64,000 nt of DNA, from sequence record LC727699.1, one strand, 5' to 3'. The notes beneath the pieces are model-generated. The model worked only from the letters and a program-made list of their open reading frames with translations, searched no databases and was not told the origin of the DNA. This document shows, piece by piece, positions 1-9,572 of this stretch. Both the position numbers and the translations under genes were made by a program. Every line of letters starts with the position of its first letter. The first letter of the stretch is position 1.

Positions 1-288
1 GTCGATAATCTTGAGATCAACGATGGATGTAGCCAGAGTATAATCACCCATAGAAGTAATAACTTTGGAAAGATCATAAGTAACTACATCTCCTGGGTTT
101 AATGTACCAGTTTGAAATAGAATTGGTTTTAAACCAGTACTAGGACCTGGACCAGGGCCACCACCAGATTCTAGGATGGTTGTTACTTTGTCAACCCACC
201 TTAAAATCGCATTATACATTTCTTCACTGGTGGCTTCAGGCCCAAGAATAAGATCTTCACCAGTATTAGATGAATGTGGATCAGACAT
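1..288 (-). CDS. Hypothetical protein, partial (runs off the left edge)
   Basis: Own translation MSDPHSSNTGEDLILGPEATSEEMYNAILRWVDKVTTILESGGGPGPGPSTG..., open to position 1; AAGGAG RBS before ATG 288. Confidence 0.75.
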   Translation of the reverse strand, partial: MSDPHSSNTGEDLILGPEATSEEMYNAILRWVDKVTTILESGGGPGPGPSTGLKPILFQTGTLNPGDVVTYDLSKVITSMGDYTLATSIVDLKIID

Positions 289-299
289 TTCTGTCTCCT

Positions 300-2411
300 T
301 TAAAACCGCATATATGCGGGCTGATATGGTTTATACATACGTGTATCAAAGTCATTAAAATCAATTGCGATATCATACTTCTCAAATGATTCTTTTAGCA
401 TCTGATAAATGATTTTATTTTCATCAAAATTATTATTTTTATCAACATAACTTTCTAATGACTCTGTGATCTCAAATGGAGATTTAATACCCATAATAGC
501 TTCAACCATTGCCTGACTCCATTTTAGAATGTCATCTGACCTTGTTGAGATATTCGGTTCATCTTCTGTATCGAGAGTACATTGATATACGACTGTTTGT
601 GAATCCTGACCTTTACGGTAAATTCGAGCAATAGCTTGTTCTAGAATGTAATGCCTAAACGGTGAATTAATTGTCACCATAGTATCAGCCATCGTCATAC
701 GGACCGCTGTTGAAAGGGAAGCATATGTAGCTACCAATGGATTTAATTTAGGGTCTTTCTCAAATCTACTGATTATTTGAGGTAAATTGTCATTGGTTTT
801 ACCATACACCACCGCCGGATGCATACCTAATTTATTGGTGTACTTATCAACAGTATCAACAACCTCAACAAACGATGTAAATGCAATCGTTTTCTTCATA
901 GTTGATTCAGTGATACCAACCCAGTCAATATACGGTACCATGTCCACATGGCACTGAATGCGTTTAGCACCTAAAACCCTTCCCAAACATTCACCTTGTA
1001 TCTTTAGCATAACGTATTTTATAACTGATTTAATATCTCTAAAAGCAGCTATTTCATTACGAGGTAAAGTTGGCTCTATAAACATTTTTTCATATTGGTT
1101 AGATTCTTTAATTTCTTCACCAATGTATCGCGGGTCTTGATTCTTCTGAATTATTTTAATCAAATTCTTATAGCGAGCGAAACCATCTTTCTGCGCCTGG
1201 GTCTTAAGAGAGTTCTCGTGTATCGCCATTAGTTTAGCCCAATACTTCTCATCTTCTGGTCGGCGCGCAGCATAGAACTTTACACGTTCTCTAATAAAAG
1301 CTTCACAATCACGTTTAATGGCATTAAGAGTATACTGTGATCCATTTGGTATCTTGATACGATACGCTTTTATCCTCGGTGGTAAAACCTCAGTATCTTT
1401 CTTTTCAATGACGTACGCAATTAACCCAAAGCGATGTTGGACAATATCTAATCCTTTCTGTGTCTCTTTTCCAAATGCTTTCTTAAAACGTTCTTCAACC
1501 TCATTGGTGAAGAGATCGTCTAATACTCTTAATGCACTTACTAATTCAGAACCAAGTGCTTTAACAGGGGTACCTGACGCTAATAATCTGTTATTAGAGT
1601 TAGACATAAAACATATTTGCTGGAACTTAAGAGATTGTGCAGAATTAGGATCGTTCATATTGTGTGATTCATCCAGAATCACCGTAATGTTCTTACCTTT
1701 GAATATACCGCTTCTTAATAGATCAATTATTTTATCTTGCGCCTGGTAATGGGATATAAGTATTCTTTGACCGTTGTAGGCTTTATCATCAATGGTCGAC
1801 CATACTTTTTGTCTTTCCTTATACATCTCAATAATAGATGGCTTCCATATTAGATCAATAGACTTCTTTTCACAAACAACTATAATGATATCCGACTCAA
1901 CCATTTCAGCAATAGCCATCGTCATGAATGTCTTACCAGTACCAGGTTTACCTGCAACAATATCACCACGTAAACCATACTGGTCAATTCGATAATTATA
2001 ATTTTCAAAATAAGCTTTTTGAGACCCATCTGGTGTAAATGTCAATTTGTCTAACATCTTGAAATTGAGTCTACCTGGTACAGAGTTGGTATCTACAGGA
2101 CGAGTATTTTTTAACCAGGTATATTGAAGCATTGCTTCACGGATGGCATTAACAGTTTTAATAGAGATGTATCTACTTCTATAATTCTTTACTGCTTCTA
2201 GCATGTAATATATTTCAGGAGCAAAGAATTTATAAAATGAAATACTACGACGACTAACCGTGTTAAATAACTGCGTAGCTAATTTAGTGGTTCGCCAATA
2301 CTTGTTAATATCTCTAATGAATGCAGCACCATCAAAACCACTGATGATAATTTCTTGATCAGTTTCAGTAATTGATAGCGAGCCCATTATCTTCCTAAAT
2401 GAGTCTATCAT
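300..2411 (-). CDS. SF2 (SNF2-like) helicase
   Basis: Walker A GKPGTGKT, Walker B ILDESH, motif III ASGTP, motif VI EQAIARIYRKGQ. Confidence 0.9.
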   Translation of the reverse strand: MIDSFRKIMGSLSITETDQEIIISGFDGAAFIRDINKYWRTTKLATQLFNTVSRRSISFYKFFAPEIYYMLEAVKNYRSRYISIKTVNAIREAMLQYTWLKNTRPVDTNSVPGRLNFKMLDKLTFTPDGSQKAYFENYNYRIDQYGLRGDIVAGKPGTGKTFMTMAIAEMVESDIIIVVCEKKSIDLIWKPSIIEMYKERQKVWSTIDDKAYNGQRILISHYQAQDKIIDLLRSGIFKGKNITVILDESHNMNDPNSAQSLKFQQICFMSNSNNRLLASGTPVKALGSELVSALRVLDDLFTNEVEERFKKAFGKETQKGLDIVQHRFGLIAYVIEKKDTEVLPPRIKAYRIKIPNGSQYTLNAIKRDCEAFIRERVKFYAARRPEDEKYWAKLMAIHENSLKTQAQKDGFARYKNLIKIIQKNQDPRYIGEEIKESNQYEKMFIEPTLPRNEIAAFRDIKSVIKYVMLKIQGECLGRVLGAKRIQCHVDMVPYIDWVGITESTMKKTIAFTSFVEVVDTVDKYTNKLGMHPAVVYGKTNDNLPQIISRFEKDPKLNPLVATYASLSTAVRMTMADTMVTINSPFRHYILEQAIARIYRKGQDSQTVVYQCTLDTEDEPNISTRSDDILKWSQAMVEAIMGIKSPFEITESLESYVDKNNNFDENKIIYQMLKESFEKYDIAIDFNDFDTRMYKPYQPAYMRF

Positions 2412-2494
2412 TGCATTTTTCCTTAAGGGGTATGTAAATATAACTCTAAGTCATAAGATTAGCTAACGAATAAAAATACGCACAGTGCAATGAT

Positions 2495-2680
2495 ATAGAG
2501 CAAGGCAGTTTGCGTAAAACGCACTGCACTTTAAGGGGGTGATCCAGTCGTAAATAAACCGGGGTACTAAAGTATCGTCAGGAACGACACGAACCCCAAC
2601 TACGGTGCCTTGCTACTCACCGACCTCTAGATAGGGGTCGGACCTATTACATTAAAGGAGCCCACCAGGGGCTCCTTTAT
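2495..2680 (+). ncRNA. Candidate structured ncRNA, about 185 nt
   Basis: GC-rich ORF-less island with a 9-bp outer stem, nested arms, a hairpin and a terminator; G-U pairs favour the + strand. Confidence 0.5.
2654..2678. terminator. Intrinsic terminator, A- and T-tailed
   Basis: AAAGGAGCCC-ACCAG-GGGCTCCTTT. Confidence 0.8.
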
Positions 2681-2689
2681 GCCATTCAT

Positions 2690-2716
2690 TATAAATTAAT
2701 TTAAATCTATATTACA
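2690..2716 (+). promoter_or_regulatory. phiKZ-type early promoter (class B)
   Basis: TTTAAATC-TATATTAC, core at 2708-2715, upstream of the first + strand gene. Confidence 0.75.
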
Positions 2717-2761
2717 GGATTACCATAAAGATATTTATCCTTTTATAATGAGGAAAAGATT

Positions 2762-3157
2762 ATGTCCGATATTAATAGCACCAATGTAACAGATGAATTA
2801 GTACCTTATTTTCCATCGGCGGATGCCATTACTAGTTCTACTATTAGGGATGAAGTAATTCCTAATATTTTGTTATTCTACAAGAATGCTTTTAGTGACT
2901 TCCAACACGTTAGTAATATCACAGGTACTAACCAGATTGCATCAGGTTATTTACCAGGTGTAGGTTATTATTTCGAGTATAGTGTTACCGGTAATGCTAA
3001 TCTTATTCCACCTGAAGCAATTAAAGTATTACGTAATGTAATCACTAAAAATGGATATAAAGATGACATTACCATCACACCAAAAGGTTTTGGCCTAATC
3101 AATTGGTTCATTGTGAGAGTATACGTAGATGAGCAAATTAAGAAGACTACTCAATAA
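2762..3157 (+). CDS. Hypothetical protein
   Basis: 131-aa ORF with GAGG RBS, first gene after an early promoter. Confidence 0.8.
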   Translation: MSDINSTNVTDELVPYFPSADAITSSTIRDEVIPNILLFYKNAFSDFQHVSNITGTNQIASGYLPGVGYYFEYSVTGNANLIPPEAIKVLRNVITKNGYKDDITITPKGFGLINWFIVRVYVDEQIKKTTQ

Positions 3158-3305
3158 AGAATTAGAAAAAGAGTTAGTTAAAAAACTAGATTTTCTAGAA
3201 CGTGATTTTAGAGCTATAAAAGAAGTTATCAAAACTGGAAAATATCCTGATCCTGTTAATCCGAATCGCAGACAAAGTGATTATGATTTATCTTTTAATA
3301 ATTAA
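3129..3305 (+). CDS. Small hypothetical protein (58 aa, below track cutoff)
   Basis: MSKLRRLLNKELEKELVKKLDFLERDFRAIKEVIKTGKYPDPVNPNRRQSDYDLSFNN fills the gap between neighbours. Confidence 0.6.
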   Translation: MSKLRRLLNKELEKELVKKLDFLERDFRAIKEVIKTGKYPDPVNPNRRQSDYDLSFNN

Positions 3306-3321
3306 CCTATAAGAGGATGCT

Positions 3322-3723
3322 ATGGAAATCACATTTCCATCTGTAAAAGAAGTAATGACAACTGATCCAGCATTTATTGATTTGGTTCTGAAAAGTAAAT
3401 TACTTACTATCCGTAAAGCAATGATTGATGTTATTCGAAATATTGAGAATACATCACTAGCATCTAGTAGGCTTGTTAAACAGAAAAGCTATCCATATCA
3501 AACTACTTTCGAACTTGTATTTAACCCAAAGGTTTTTAAATGGTTTGATAAAACAGATGCTATCAATATTAAAAATATTCTTCATGCTGAAGTAGTTAAC
3601 CAGGATTGGGAGAGTATTGATATTTCTTATAATGGTAGGGATATACATGGTTTTGAAAAAGTGACTATTGTATTAACTCCTATGAAAGATGAAGCTATTA
3701 AATATGATCTTTCAAAAGCATGA
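3322..3723 (+). CDS. Hypothetical protein
   Basis: 133-aa ORF, GAGGA RBS, followed by a terminator. Confidence 0.8.
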   Translation: MEITFPSVKEVMTTDPAFIDLVLKSKLLTIRKAMIDVIRNIENTSLASSRLVKQKSYPYQTTFELVFNPKVFKWFDKTDAINIKNILHAEVVNQDWESIDISYNGRDIHGFEKVTIVLTPMKDEAIKYDLSKA

Positions 3724-3739
3724 ATTAAGATAACATATA

Positions 3740-3768
3740 CCCTCCCCTTTATTGGGGAGGGATTATTT
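3740..3768 (+). terminator. Intrinsic terminator
   Basis: CCCTCCCC-TTTATT-GGGGAGGG with AT/T tail. Confidence 0.75.
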
Positions 3769-3965
3769 ACTTATATGTTTAATAGAATAAGGACTCTACC
3801 TTGGAATAATGCTAATGCTCTTCACCAGAGAAAAGAGATATATAGATAGACGTATTACACATTATCAGGTTGAGTAGTAAATTAAAACAACCAATAATAC
3901 GTTATTCAATATTGAAATAGTTGTTATAAAACATTTATATTAATCTAATACAGGAAATAAAGAAA

Positions 3966-4676
3966 ATGGGTGATTATGTATATTTAGAAACTCAAGCTAA
4001 AGTAAATAATGAATGGATTGGTATCGAAGATATTGAACTAACACAGAATTATGATCTTTATGCATATCTACTTGATATTCGCAATTATTGGGATGTAAAA
4101 CCATTTGCTTACCATAATGGTGTTCCTGATGATCTGAAAAAGAAACCAGAATGGTGGAGTAGTTATGATGATGATCCACGCTGTGATGCATGGATTAGTG
4201 GTGAAGCTATTCTAAAAGGTATGAGTGAGCTTAAACCAGTTACTAAAACAGTATATATGAGTCTATATACTTATATGTCCTGGGATCGTATGTCAGAACC
4301 AGATTGCTATTCACGGTATAGCCCACGTCTTGTAACAGATGAACCAAAAATTAATAAAATCTCTCAAAAACAATTACAGTATTATAAGAATTTAACTGAA
4401 AGTTTTTATTCTCTAAACCTTAAAGCTAATTATGATTGGAAGGTTATCGACGGTCGGTTACAACGAGTCGGGCCTAAATGTGGTAAGAATCACCTACGTA
4501 ATCTACGTCGAGTATCGCGTTATCTATCTTTCTGCAATGTTCCTAATGAACCTATCAAAGTAACTTATACACTCACGGCTGATCAACAGCGAAAAGAATT
4601 TAAACCTTTTATTTATCAAGTCCGAAATGCCGTTCTTAAGTACGGTGATATCCGTCTTCTAATGAGGGTTAGATAA
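3966..4676 (+). CDS. Hypothetical phage protein
   Basis: 236-aa ORF with AGGA RBS; N-terminus MGDYVYLE...NYDLYAYL. Confidence 0.8.
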   Translation: MGDYVYLETQAKVNNEWIGIEDIELTQNYDLYAYLLDIRNYWDVKPFAYHNGVPDDLKKKPEWWSSYDDDPRCDAWISGEAILKGMSELKPVTKTVYMSLYTYMSWDRMSEPDCYSRYSPRLVTDEPKINKISQKQLQYYKNLTESFYSLNLKANYDWKVIDGRLQRVGPKCGKNHLRNLRRVSRYLSFCNVPNEPIKVTYTLTADQQRKEFKPFIYQVRNAVLKYGDIRLLMRVR

Positions 4677-5329
4677 TGGCAATGACAGCTATTGTCGGTA
4701 GTCGCTATGCCCCTACATGGGCCCTAGAATTGATGATACGCGCAGGAAGAACATTTGTTGATCTAGGTATAGGTATTTCATCAGGCGATGCATATGGATC
4801 AGATAGAGCTGGTTGGTATGGTGCAATTCAGTCTGATAAATGGGATACAGTAGAAAGTCGTATTTACATTATTCGAAATGGATTTCTTGGAAGACGAATT
4901 GAGAATCTAGCGTGGTTTCATGATGCCTCCGTATATACTGATACCATTCCCACAGCTATGGCAATGGCCTGTGCAGCTCGGGGAAGTTTCAATGGTTTAG
5001 GTAGAACAGGTATTGAACTACATACTCGTAATGTATTTCAAATTCATGGCCATACTTTACGTGAACCTGTTTCAACTATTATTGCATACGGTGAACAAAA
5101 GACACCAACCTCTGTAATTAGTGGTGGTACTAATACAGCGTGGCAGTTGGCATTAGATGCAAATGTGCCAACTATGTATAACCTATACTGGTCCGATGAT
5201 GTAAAGAGACTAGAAGAATGGTTAAATAAAAATGAATCTGATGAGCCATATATGCCAATTGATTGGTCTGAAATCTTAGATCCTAGAGATAGCCGTCTAC
5301 CTGAATTGATGGATGAATATAATAATTAA
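4676..5329 (+). CDS. SLOG/DprA-like Rossmann-fold protein
   Basis: AIVGSR, SSGDAYGSD and SGGTNTA motifs resemble the SLOG/DprA(Smf) superfamily. Confidence 0.65.
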   Translation: MAMTAIVGSRYAPTWALELMIRAGRTFVDLGIGISSGDAYGSDRAGWYGAIQSDKWDTVESRIYIIRNGFLGRRIENLAWFHDASVYTDTIPTAMAMACAARGSFNGLGRTGIELHTRNVFQIHGHTLREPVSTIIAYGEQKTPTSVISGGTNTAWQLALDANVPTMYNLYWSDDVKRLEEWLNKNESDEPYMPIDWSEILDPRDSRLPELMDEYNN

Positions 5330-5362
5330 TTTTCTCAAATGAATTAGTTATAATAGCCAAAA

Positions 5363-5390
5363 TAAACCCTCCTCTTAGTAGGAGGGTTTA
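5363..5390 (+). terminator. Intrinsic terminator
   Basis: TAAACCCTCCT-CTTAGT-AGGAGGGTTTA. Confidence 0.75.
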
Positions 5391-5432
5391 TATCGTCTCA
5401 AATTAGATTATCAATTAGAAAAGGAACATCAA

Positions 5433-6533
5433 ATGAATTATCGTAATAGCAAACTTACGTTAGTCCAGCAGAAGTGGATTGATCGTTTTATCTCCATTGC
5501 TATGGAGGTTGATAATGGCCGTGCAATTTCCAATGCATATCGCTATACTCTTAATGAACAGGGAATTAGTTCAGATAGTGAAGATCTACGTATTCACTAT
5601 CCTTTTGGAGTTGATAGAAAAGAATTCATCAAAGAACAAATTTACAAACTATGTGATGAAGTTATAAGCCCTTTAAATCTGAAAGCATTCAGAATTAGTG
5701 GTGGTTTTGCATTACTAGATGATGAAGGAATCATTGGTTTCCTAATGAATGGAATAGAAGGTACCACTAGTCAGAACTTTAGATTATACTCCAATGAAGA
5801 ACTGATCAAAGTATTTAAATTACGTTTTGAAGAAGTATTTGATCAGACTCGTCCACCTAGTATTAAAAGAATTCGGGTTAACTATCAAAATAATGAACTA
5901 TATAGCTTTAGTGAAGTTATTTCTGTTCGTAACTACAATCCAAATATGATGGAAATGTATCCATTCCTAGATCGATCTCCAGCTGAAATCTGGACTGAAT
6001 TCGCTGCATCTGAATCTAATGTTCTACTATTGATTGGTCCTCCTGGTACTGGTAAGTCTAATTATATCAATGAGATTATTCGGGCTCGTGGTTATAATGA
6101 TCGTAATGTGTATCTAGCTGATCAAGATGATGTACTTGGCCACGCCGGTTTGACTAATTTTATTCGTGGTGTTGAGGATAATTCACTCATTATTACAGAA
6201 GACTCTGATAAAATGGTGGCTAAACGTGTAGATGGTAATAGTAATATGTCAGGGCTATTAAATGCTACAGCTGGTCTAGTATCTACTAAGACCAAGATTA
6301 TCATTTCTACTAATCTTCCGACTCTTCGTGATGTTGATGAAGCTTTAGTTCGACCTGGCCGTGCTTTCGATATTCTTACCTTCAAAACACTTACTGCTGA
6401 ACAAGCGAATGCAGCTCGTTTAGCTAATGGTCTAGATCCAGTTGAGTTTGTCGGTAATAATCTTACTTTAGCTGAAGCATTGAATACTAGTTCTTGCAGT
6501 AGCCCACGCAAAGCAAGTCGTGTAGGTTTCTAA
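5433..6533 (+). CDS. AAA+ ATPase
   Basis: Walker A GPPGTGKS, Walker B IITED, second region of homology STN...DEALVRPGR. Confidence 0.9.
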   Translation: MNYRNSKLTLVQQKWIDRFISIAMEVDNGRAISNAYRYTLNEQGISSDSEDLRIHYPFGVDRKEFIKEQIYKLCDEVISPLNLKAFRISGGFALLDDEGIIGFLMNGIEGTTSQNFRLYSNEELIKVFKLRFEEVFDQTRPPSIKRIRVNYQNNELYSFSEVISVRNYNPNMMEMYPFLDRSPAEIWTEFAASESNVLLLIGPPGTGKSNYINEIIRARGYNDRNVYLADQDDVLGHAGLTNFIRGVEDNSLIITEDSDKMVAKRVDGNSNMSGLLNATAGLVSTKTKIIISTNLPTLRDVDEALVRPGRAFDILTFKTLTAEQANAARLANGLDPVEFVGNNLTLAEALNTSSCSSPRKASRVGF

Positions 6534-6640
6534 GGAAAAGTAAGCTGCTTTTAAACTAGCGAAGAAACATGAATTCCAACGTGTTATTTATAATCCTGAT
6601 GACCTTAAAGTAAAGCATTATTTCACATACGGAGATCAGC

Positions 6641-7243
6641 ATGCAGCGCAATAATGACCCGCAGCAAGTAATCATGTCGATTGAGATGTACAATAGCCTA
6701 CTGGCTATGGCTAATGATTCACCTCATTACACGACAAAACTTATCCAACGTCACGTGCGAAAGATGAATCCTTTTTTACAACCTGCACATCTAAAGAATG
6801 TCAGAACTAAGGAAGCTATTCGGTCCCAACGTATTCGTGAAGCTCGGGCTTTCTTCGAAGCCAATCATAGAAAAATTCTGTACGCAAAGGTTGATATGGG
6901 TAACTGTAAAAAAGGAGATGATCCGGTTTACTTCCCATGCATATCTGAACGTATTGCCAAGAATAGACAACTAATCCAAGTTCGTCATGCCAATGAAGTT
7001 GGTTATGGACGGTGCATCCGGTTGGTAGAGGCTAAATATCTCACAACCATTATTCCTGATGGATATATCCAAGGAACTGGGCCGTATAAAAAATATCTTG
7101 TTAAAGAGAATGGTCCTTACGATATCCGTGAACAAGAAGAAAAACGTAAACAAGCTTTTTCGAGTGAGATAGCTAAGAAGTTTGAGTTCAAACATGATTC
7201 TTACGATATGGATAATCTCAAAAAGAATTATTATACACAATGA
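6641..7243 (+). CDS. Hypothetical protein, paralogue of 31606..31989
   Basis: 200-aa ORF with GGAG RBS; N-terminal similarity to 31606. Confidence 0.75.
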   Translation: MQRNNDPQQVIMSIEMYNSLLAMANDSPHYTTKLIQRHVRKMNPFLQPAHLKNVRTKEAIRSQRIREARAFFEANHRKILYAKVDMGNCKKGDDPVYFPCISERIAKNRQLIQVRHANEVGYGRCIRLVEAKYLTTIIPDGYIQGTGPYKKYLVKENGPYDIREQEEKRKQAFSSEIAKKFEFKHDSYDMDNLKKNYYTQ

Positions 7244-7334
7244 GATTAGTATAAATGGACATTAGTTTATCTCCAGTATGAGTATTCCAACTTCTTAAAT
7301 ATTACTAAAGAGCAGACTATGAATATATCAGTGT

Positions 7335-7703
7335 TTGCTCTTTGGAGGTAATTACTCTGGAGCATCTAATATGTGTGCAATTCCTGTAATACCTGTATCA
7401 AATGACATCACTGTTATTAAGCCAGGTGATACAGTTTGGTCAACAGGTGTTCTCGGTATGAAAGCATCCTGTGAGCATCCACCAGCGCTATTCTGTATAC
7501 GGGGTGATGAACTTGAAGTTCTAGAAATTAGCCCTCCCACGGAATATGAGAAAAAAGCAATGTATAAGTGCCGCTTAAAAAGAGGCACTGGTCATTTCTG
7601 GATCTATCGTAGTGGGTTTACTAAAATAAAGCCATTTAATCACAATATGACTGGTTATGAGTTTTGGGATGGTGAGAAAATTAGAGAATATGGTGGGCAT
7701 TAG
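7335..7703 (+). CDS. Hypothetical protein, possible SH3/KOW-like beta domain (start uncertain)
   Basis: IKPGDTV...RGDELEVLEI pattern shared with 40831, 41142 and 43217. Confidence 0.6.
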   Translation: MLFGGNYSGASNMCAIPVIPVSNDITVIKPGDTVWSTGVLGMKASCEHPPALFCIRGDELEVLEISPPTEYEKKAMYKCRLKRGTGHFWIYRSGFTKIKPFNHNMTGYEFWDGEKIREYGGH

Positions 7704-7714
7704 AGTAAAAGAAA

Positions 7715-7840
7715 ATGGCTAGCGAAAATAATAAATCAGACATGCAACATGAACAAGAAGAACCACCCATATTCAAAATGCTTTTTCTAAGTGCAGTTAT
7801 AGGTGGATCATTATGGGAAATAATTAGACAGTGGTTTTAG
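7715..7840 (+). CDS. Small membrane protein (41 aa)
   Basis: MASENNKSDMQHEQEEPPIFKMLFLSAVIGGSLWEIIRQWF; ends within a terminator hairpin. Confidence 0.55.
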   Translation: MASENNKSDMQHEQEEPPIFKMLFLSAVIGGSLWEIIRQWF

Positions 7841-7852
7841 CCACTGTCTTTA
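7826..7852 (+). terminator. Intrinsic terminator
   Basis: AGACAGTGG-TTTTAG-CCACTGTCT followed by T residues. Confidence 0.6.
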
Positions 7853-7874
7853 TAATGTATTTTGAGTTATAAAA

Positions 7875-8039
7875 ATGTCCATAGAAAAAGCCTATTCCAA
7901 TTTAATAGCTTCAATTAAAACAGTTAGAAAACATTTTCCTAAATTAATTCAAGAGAAGAATTTAGATGAGGAATTACGACGGGAGTTTACGACTCCTATT
8001 CAATTCGACCCGACTAAGAAATCGGGAAACTCCTTTTGA
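7875..8039 (+). CDS. Small hypothetical protein (54 aa), possibly frameshift-linked to the next ORF
   Basis: MSIEKAYSNLIASIKTVRKHFPKLIQEKNLDEELRREFTTPIQFDPTKKSGNSF, ending TCC TTT TGA. Confidence 0.5.
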   Translation: MSIEKAYSNLIASIKTVRKHFPKLIQEKNLDEELRREFTTPIQFDPTKKSGNSF

Positions 8040-8223
8040 TAACGAACAGTCAGAAATGGATAAGTTAAAACCAATCGATGACTTTTGGAAAACTAAAACA
8101 ATTAAACCATCAGATGCTTATTTAGAAAGAAAGAATGAGCAACTAAAGATGATTAATCCGCATAAAGTTTATAATCCATTCAATGAAAAAGATACGGTAT
8201 TAAAACCTATTTCTAAATTATAA
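7966..8223 (+). CDS. Hypothetical protein (start uncertain)
   Basis: ORF track; weak RBS; overlaps 7875..8039 in the +1 frame. Confidence 0.5.
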   Translation: MRNYDGSLRLLFNSTRLRNRETPFDNEQSEMDKLKPIDDFWKTKTIKPSDAYLERKNEQLKMINPHKVYNPFNEKDTVLKPISKL

Positions 8224-8235
8224 AAAGGATTTACT

Positions 8236-8655
8236 ATGAAACAAGATCATCAATTCTGGCATGATAAACCATTTTCAGAAAATGAAGTTAGGAAGAAACT
8301 TGGCGGATCGTCATTATCCAAACTAAGTACAGAACAGATTTTAGAAGAGTGGCGAACAGAACATATTGAACGTAATACTCCTTTAAGTAAAAGGCTATAT
8401 GACATTCGTAATAAAGCCATCAATGATTACTCACTTACTGATAATCAACAAGTTAATAATTTGTTGCAATGTGCAGTGGATCAAGTCTTAGCAGATGTGA
8501 TCATTATGTTAGATGGTTCAGTGCCACATAAGCAATTTCAAATTTCTGAATATGAAATTGAAATGGACAGTAAGGAATTATCGATTAAAGAACATACTCG
8601 TCCAATAACTGAAGATCTACTAAAAAATTATTTTGAATTGGTGAATGGCAAATGA
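8236..8655 (+). CDS. Hypothetical protein
   Basis: 139 aa, AAGGA RBS, overlaps the next start. Confidence 0.8.
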   Translation: MKQDHQFWHDKPFSENEVRKKLGGSSLSKLSTEQILEEWRTEHIERNTPLSKRLYDIRNKAINDYSLTDNQQVNNLLQCAVDQVLADVIIMLDGSVPHKQFQISEYEIEMDSKELSIKEHTRPITEDLLKNYFELVNGK

Positions 8656-8996
8656 CTGAACGTATTCATTACTCAGATCGTAAGTTACCGCTGTGTTTTA
8701 AAGGTGTTTATGACATTCCAGTTGTAACCATCGAAAACTATTGTAAGTGGTATGGTCTTAATATTGTCTATCCAGATGGGCGTGTTGAATGGGTTGACAC
8801 TGATTTACTTGCTGAAATAGAACGGGAAAGCAAGTTCGCAGTAATGGGTGATCACAACTATCATCCAATTCTGCTGGACAAAGTAGCTGAGAAGATTGGC
8901 GGGGCGGCATGTGATGTTGCACGTGAGTTGATGACTGGCCGTTGGGTACTAGAGGTTATGGACGGTGAAATCCCTGGTCAAGAAAAATTCTGTTAA
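8652..8996 (+). CDS. Hypothetical protein
   Basis: 114 aa, ATGA-coupled to the previous stop. Confidence 0.8.
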   Translation: MTERIHYSDRKLPLCFKGVYDIPVVTIENYCKWYGLNIVYPDGRVEWVDTDLLAEIERESKFAVMGDHNYHPILLDKVAEKIGGAACDVARELMTGRWVLEVMDGEIPGQEKFC

Positions 8997-9009
8997 ATGG
9001 ATGATTAAA

Positions 9010-9549
9010 ATGGGTATTGATGTTTTCCCTGTAGTTACCAAACGTTCCACACGTTCTTCAGATGGTGCACGTGTACTTAAATTCATTGACATGCATACAT
9101 GCGAGGCTCTTAACTTTAGCCGTTGCTATTATCTTTGGGATTGGTTAACCGATAATAATGAGTATACCAACCGATTCTGTCGACCGACTCTTAAAGGCTG
9201 TGGATTTGGTACACTCGTCAGTGATGACTCGCATCCAGTATGGAACAACTTTGAAGGTCGCCTTTCACAAATTGTCAATTCCAAACAGGACAATCTAACA
9301 CCGTACGCCTATTATAGTGAAGATGGTTGGTACCCACTTACAATGATCTTCAATATGGAAGACCTCTGGAACTTCGATTATGATCAGAAGCCAACGATGT
9401 TCGATCAAGATGTTAATGGTGAAGTCATTTCGGAAAAAACCTATCGCCAGCTATTTTTGAGCAATGGTGTGGATGATGGTTATTTCAAGTTCCTGGAAGA
9501 AACTAAAAAGATGGAGTGTGTTCACTTCATCGCCCGATTCTGGGGATGA
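9010..9549 (+). CDS. Hypothetical protein (track ORF 8965; start re-called at MGIDV)
   Basis: GGATG before ATG 9010 avoids overlap with the upstream gene. Confidence 0.7.
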   Translation: MGIDVFPVVTKRSTRSSDGARVLKFIDMHTCEALNFSRCYYLWDWLTDNNEYTNRFCRPTLKGCGFGTLVSDDSHPVWNNFEGRLSQIVNSKQDNLTPYAYYSEDGWYPLTMIFNMEDLWNFDYDQKPTMFDQDVNGEVISEKTYRQLFLSNGVDDGYFKFLEETKKMECVHFIARFWG

Positions 9550-9572
9550 TTACTTAACAGGAAAAGTTAAAA

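Noticed and set aside
176-1995. + strand ORFs 176..358, 958..1140, 1318..1749 and 1792..1995
   Set aside because: Antisense shadows of the helicase and the upstream gene; no RBS or motifs
6541-6655. Protein-like frame AAFKLAKKHEFQRVIYNPDD...
   Set aside because: Begins directly after a TAA with no start codon; at most a remnant
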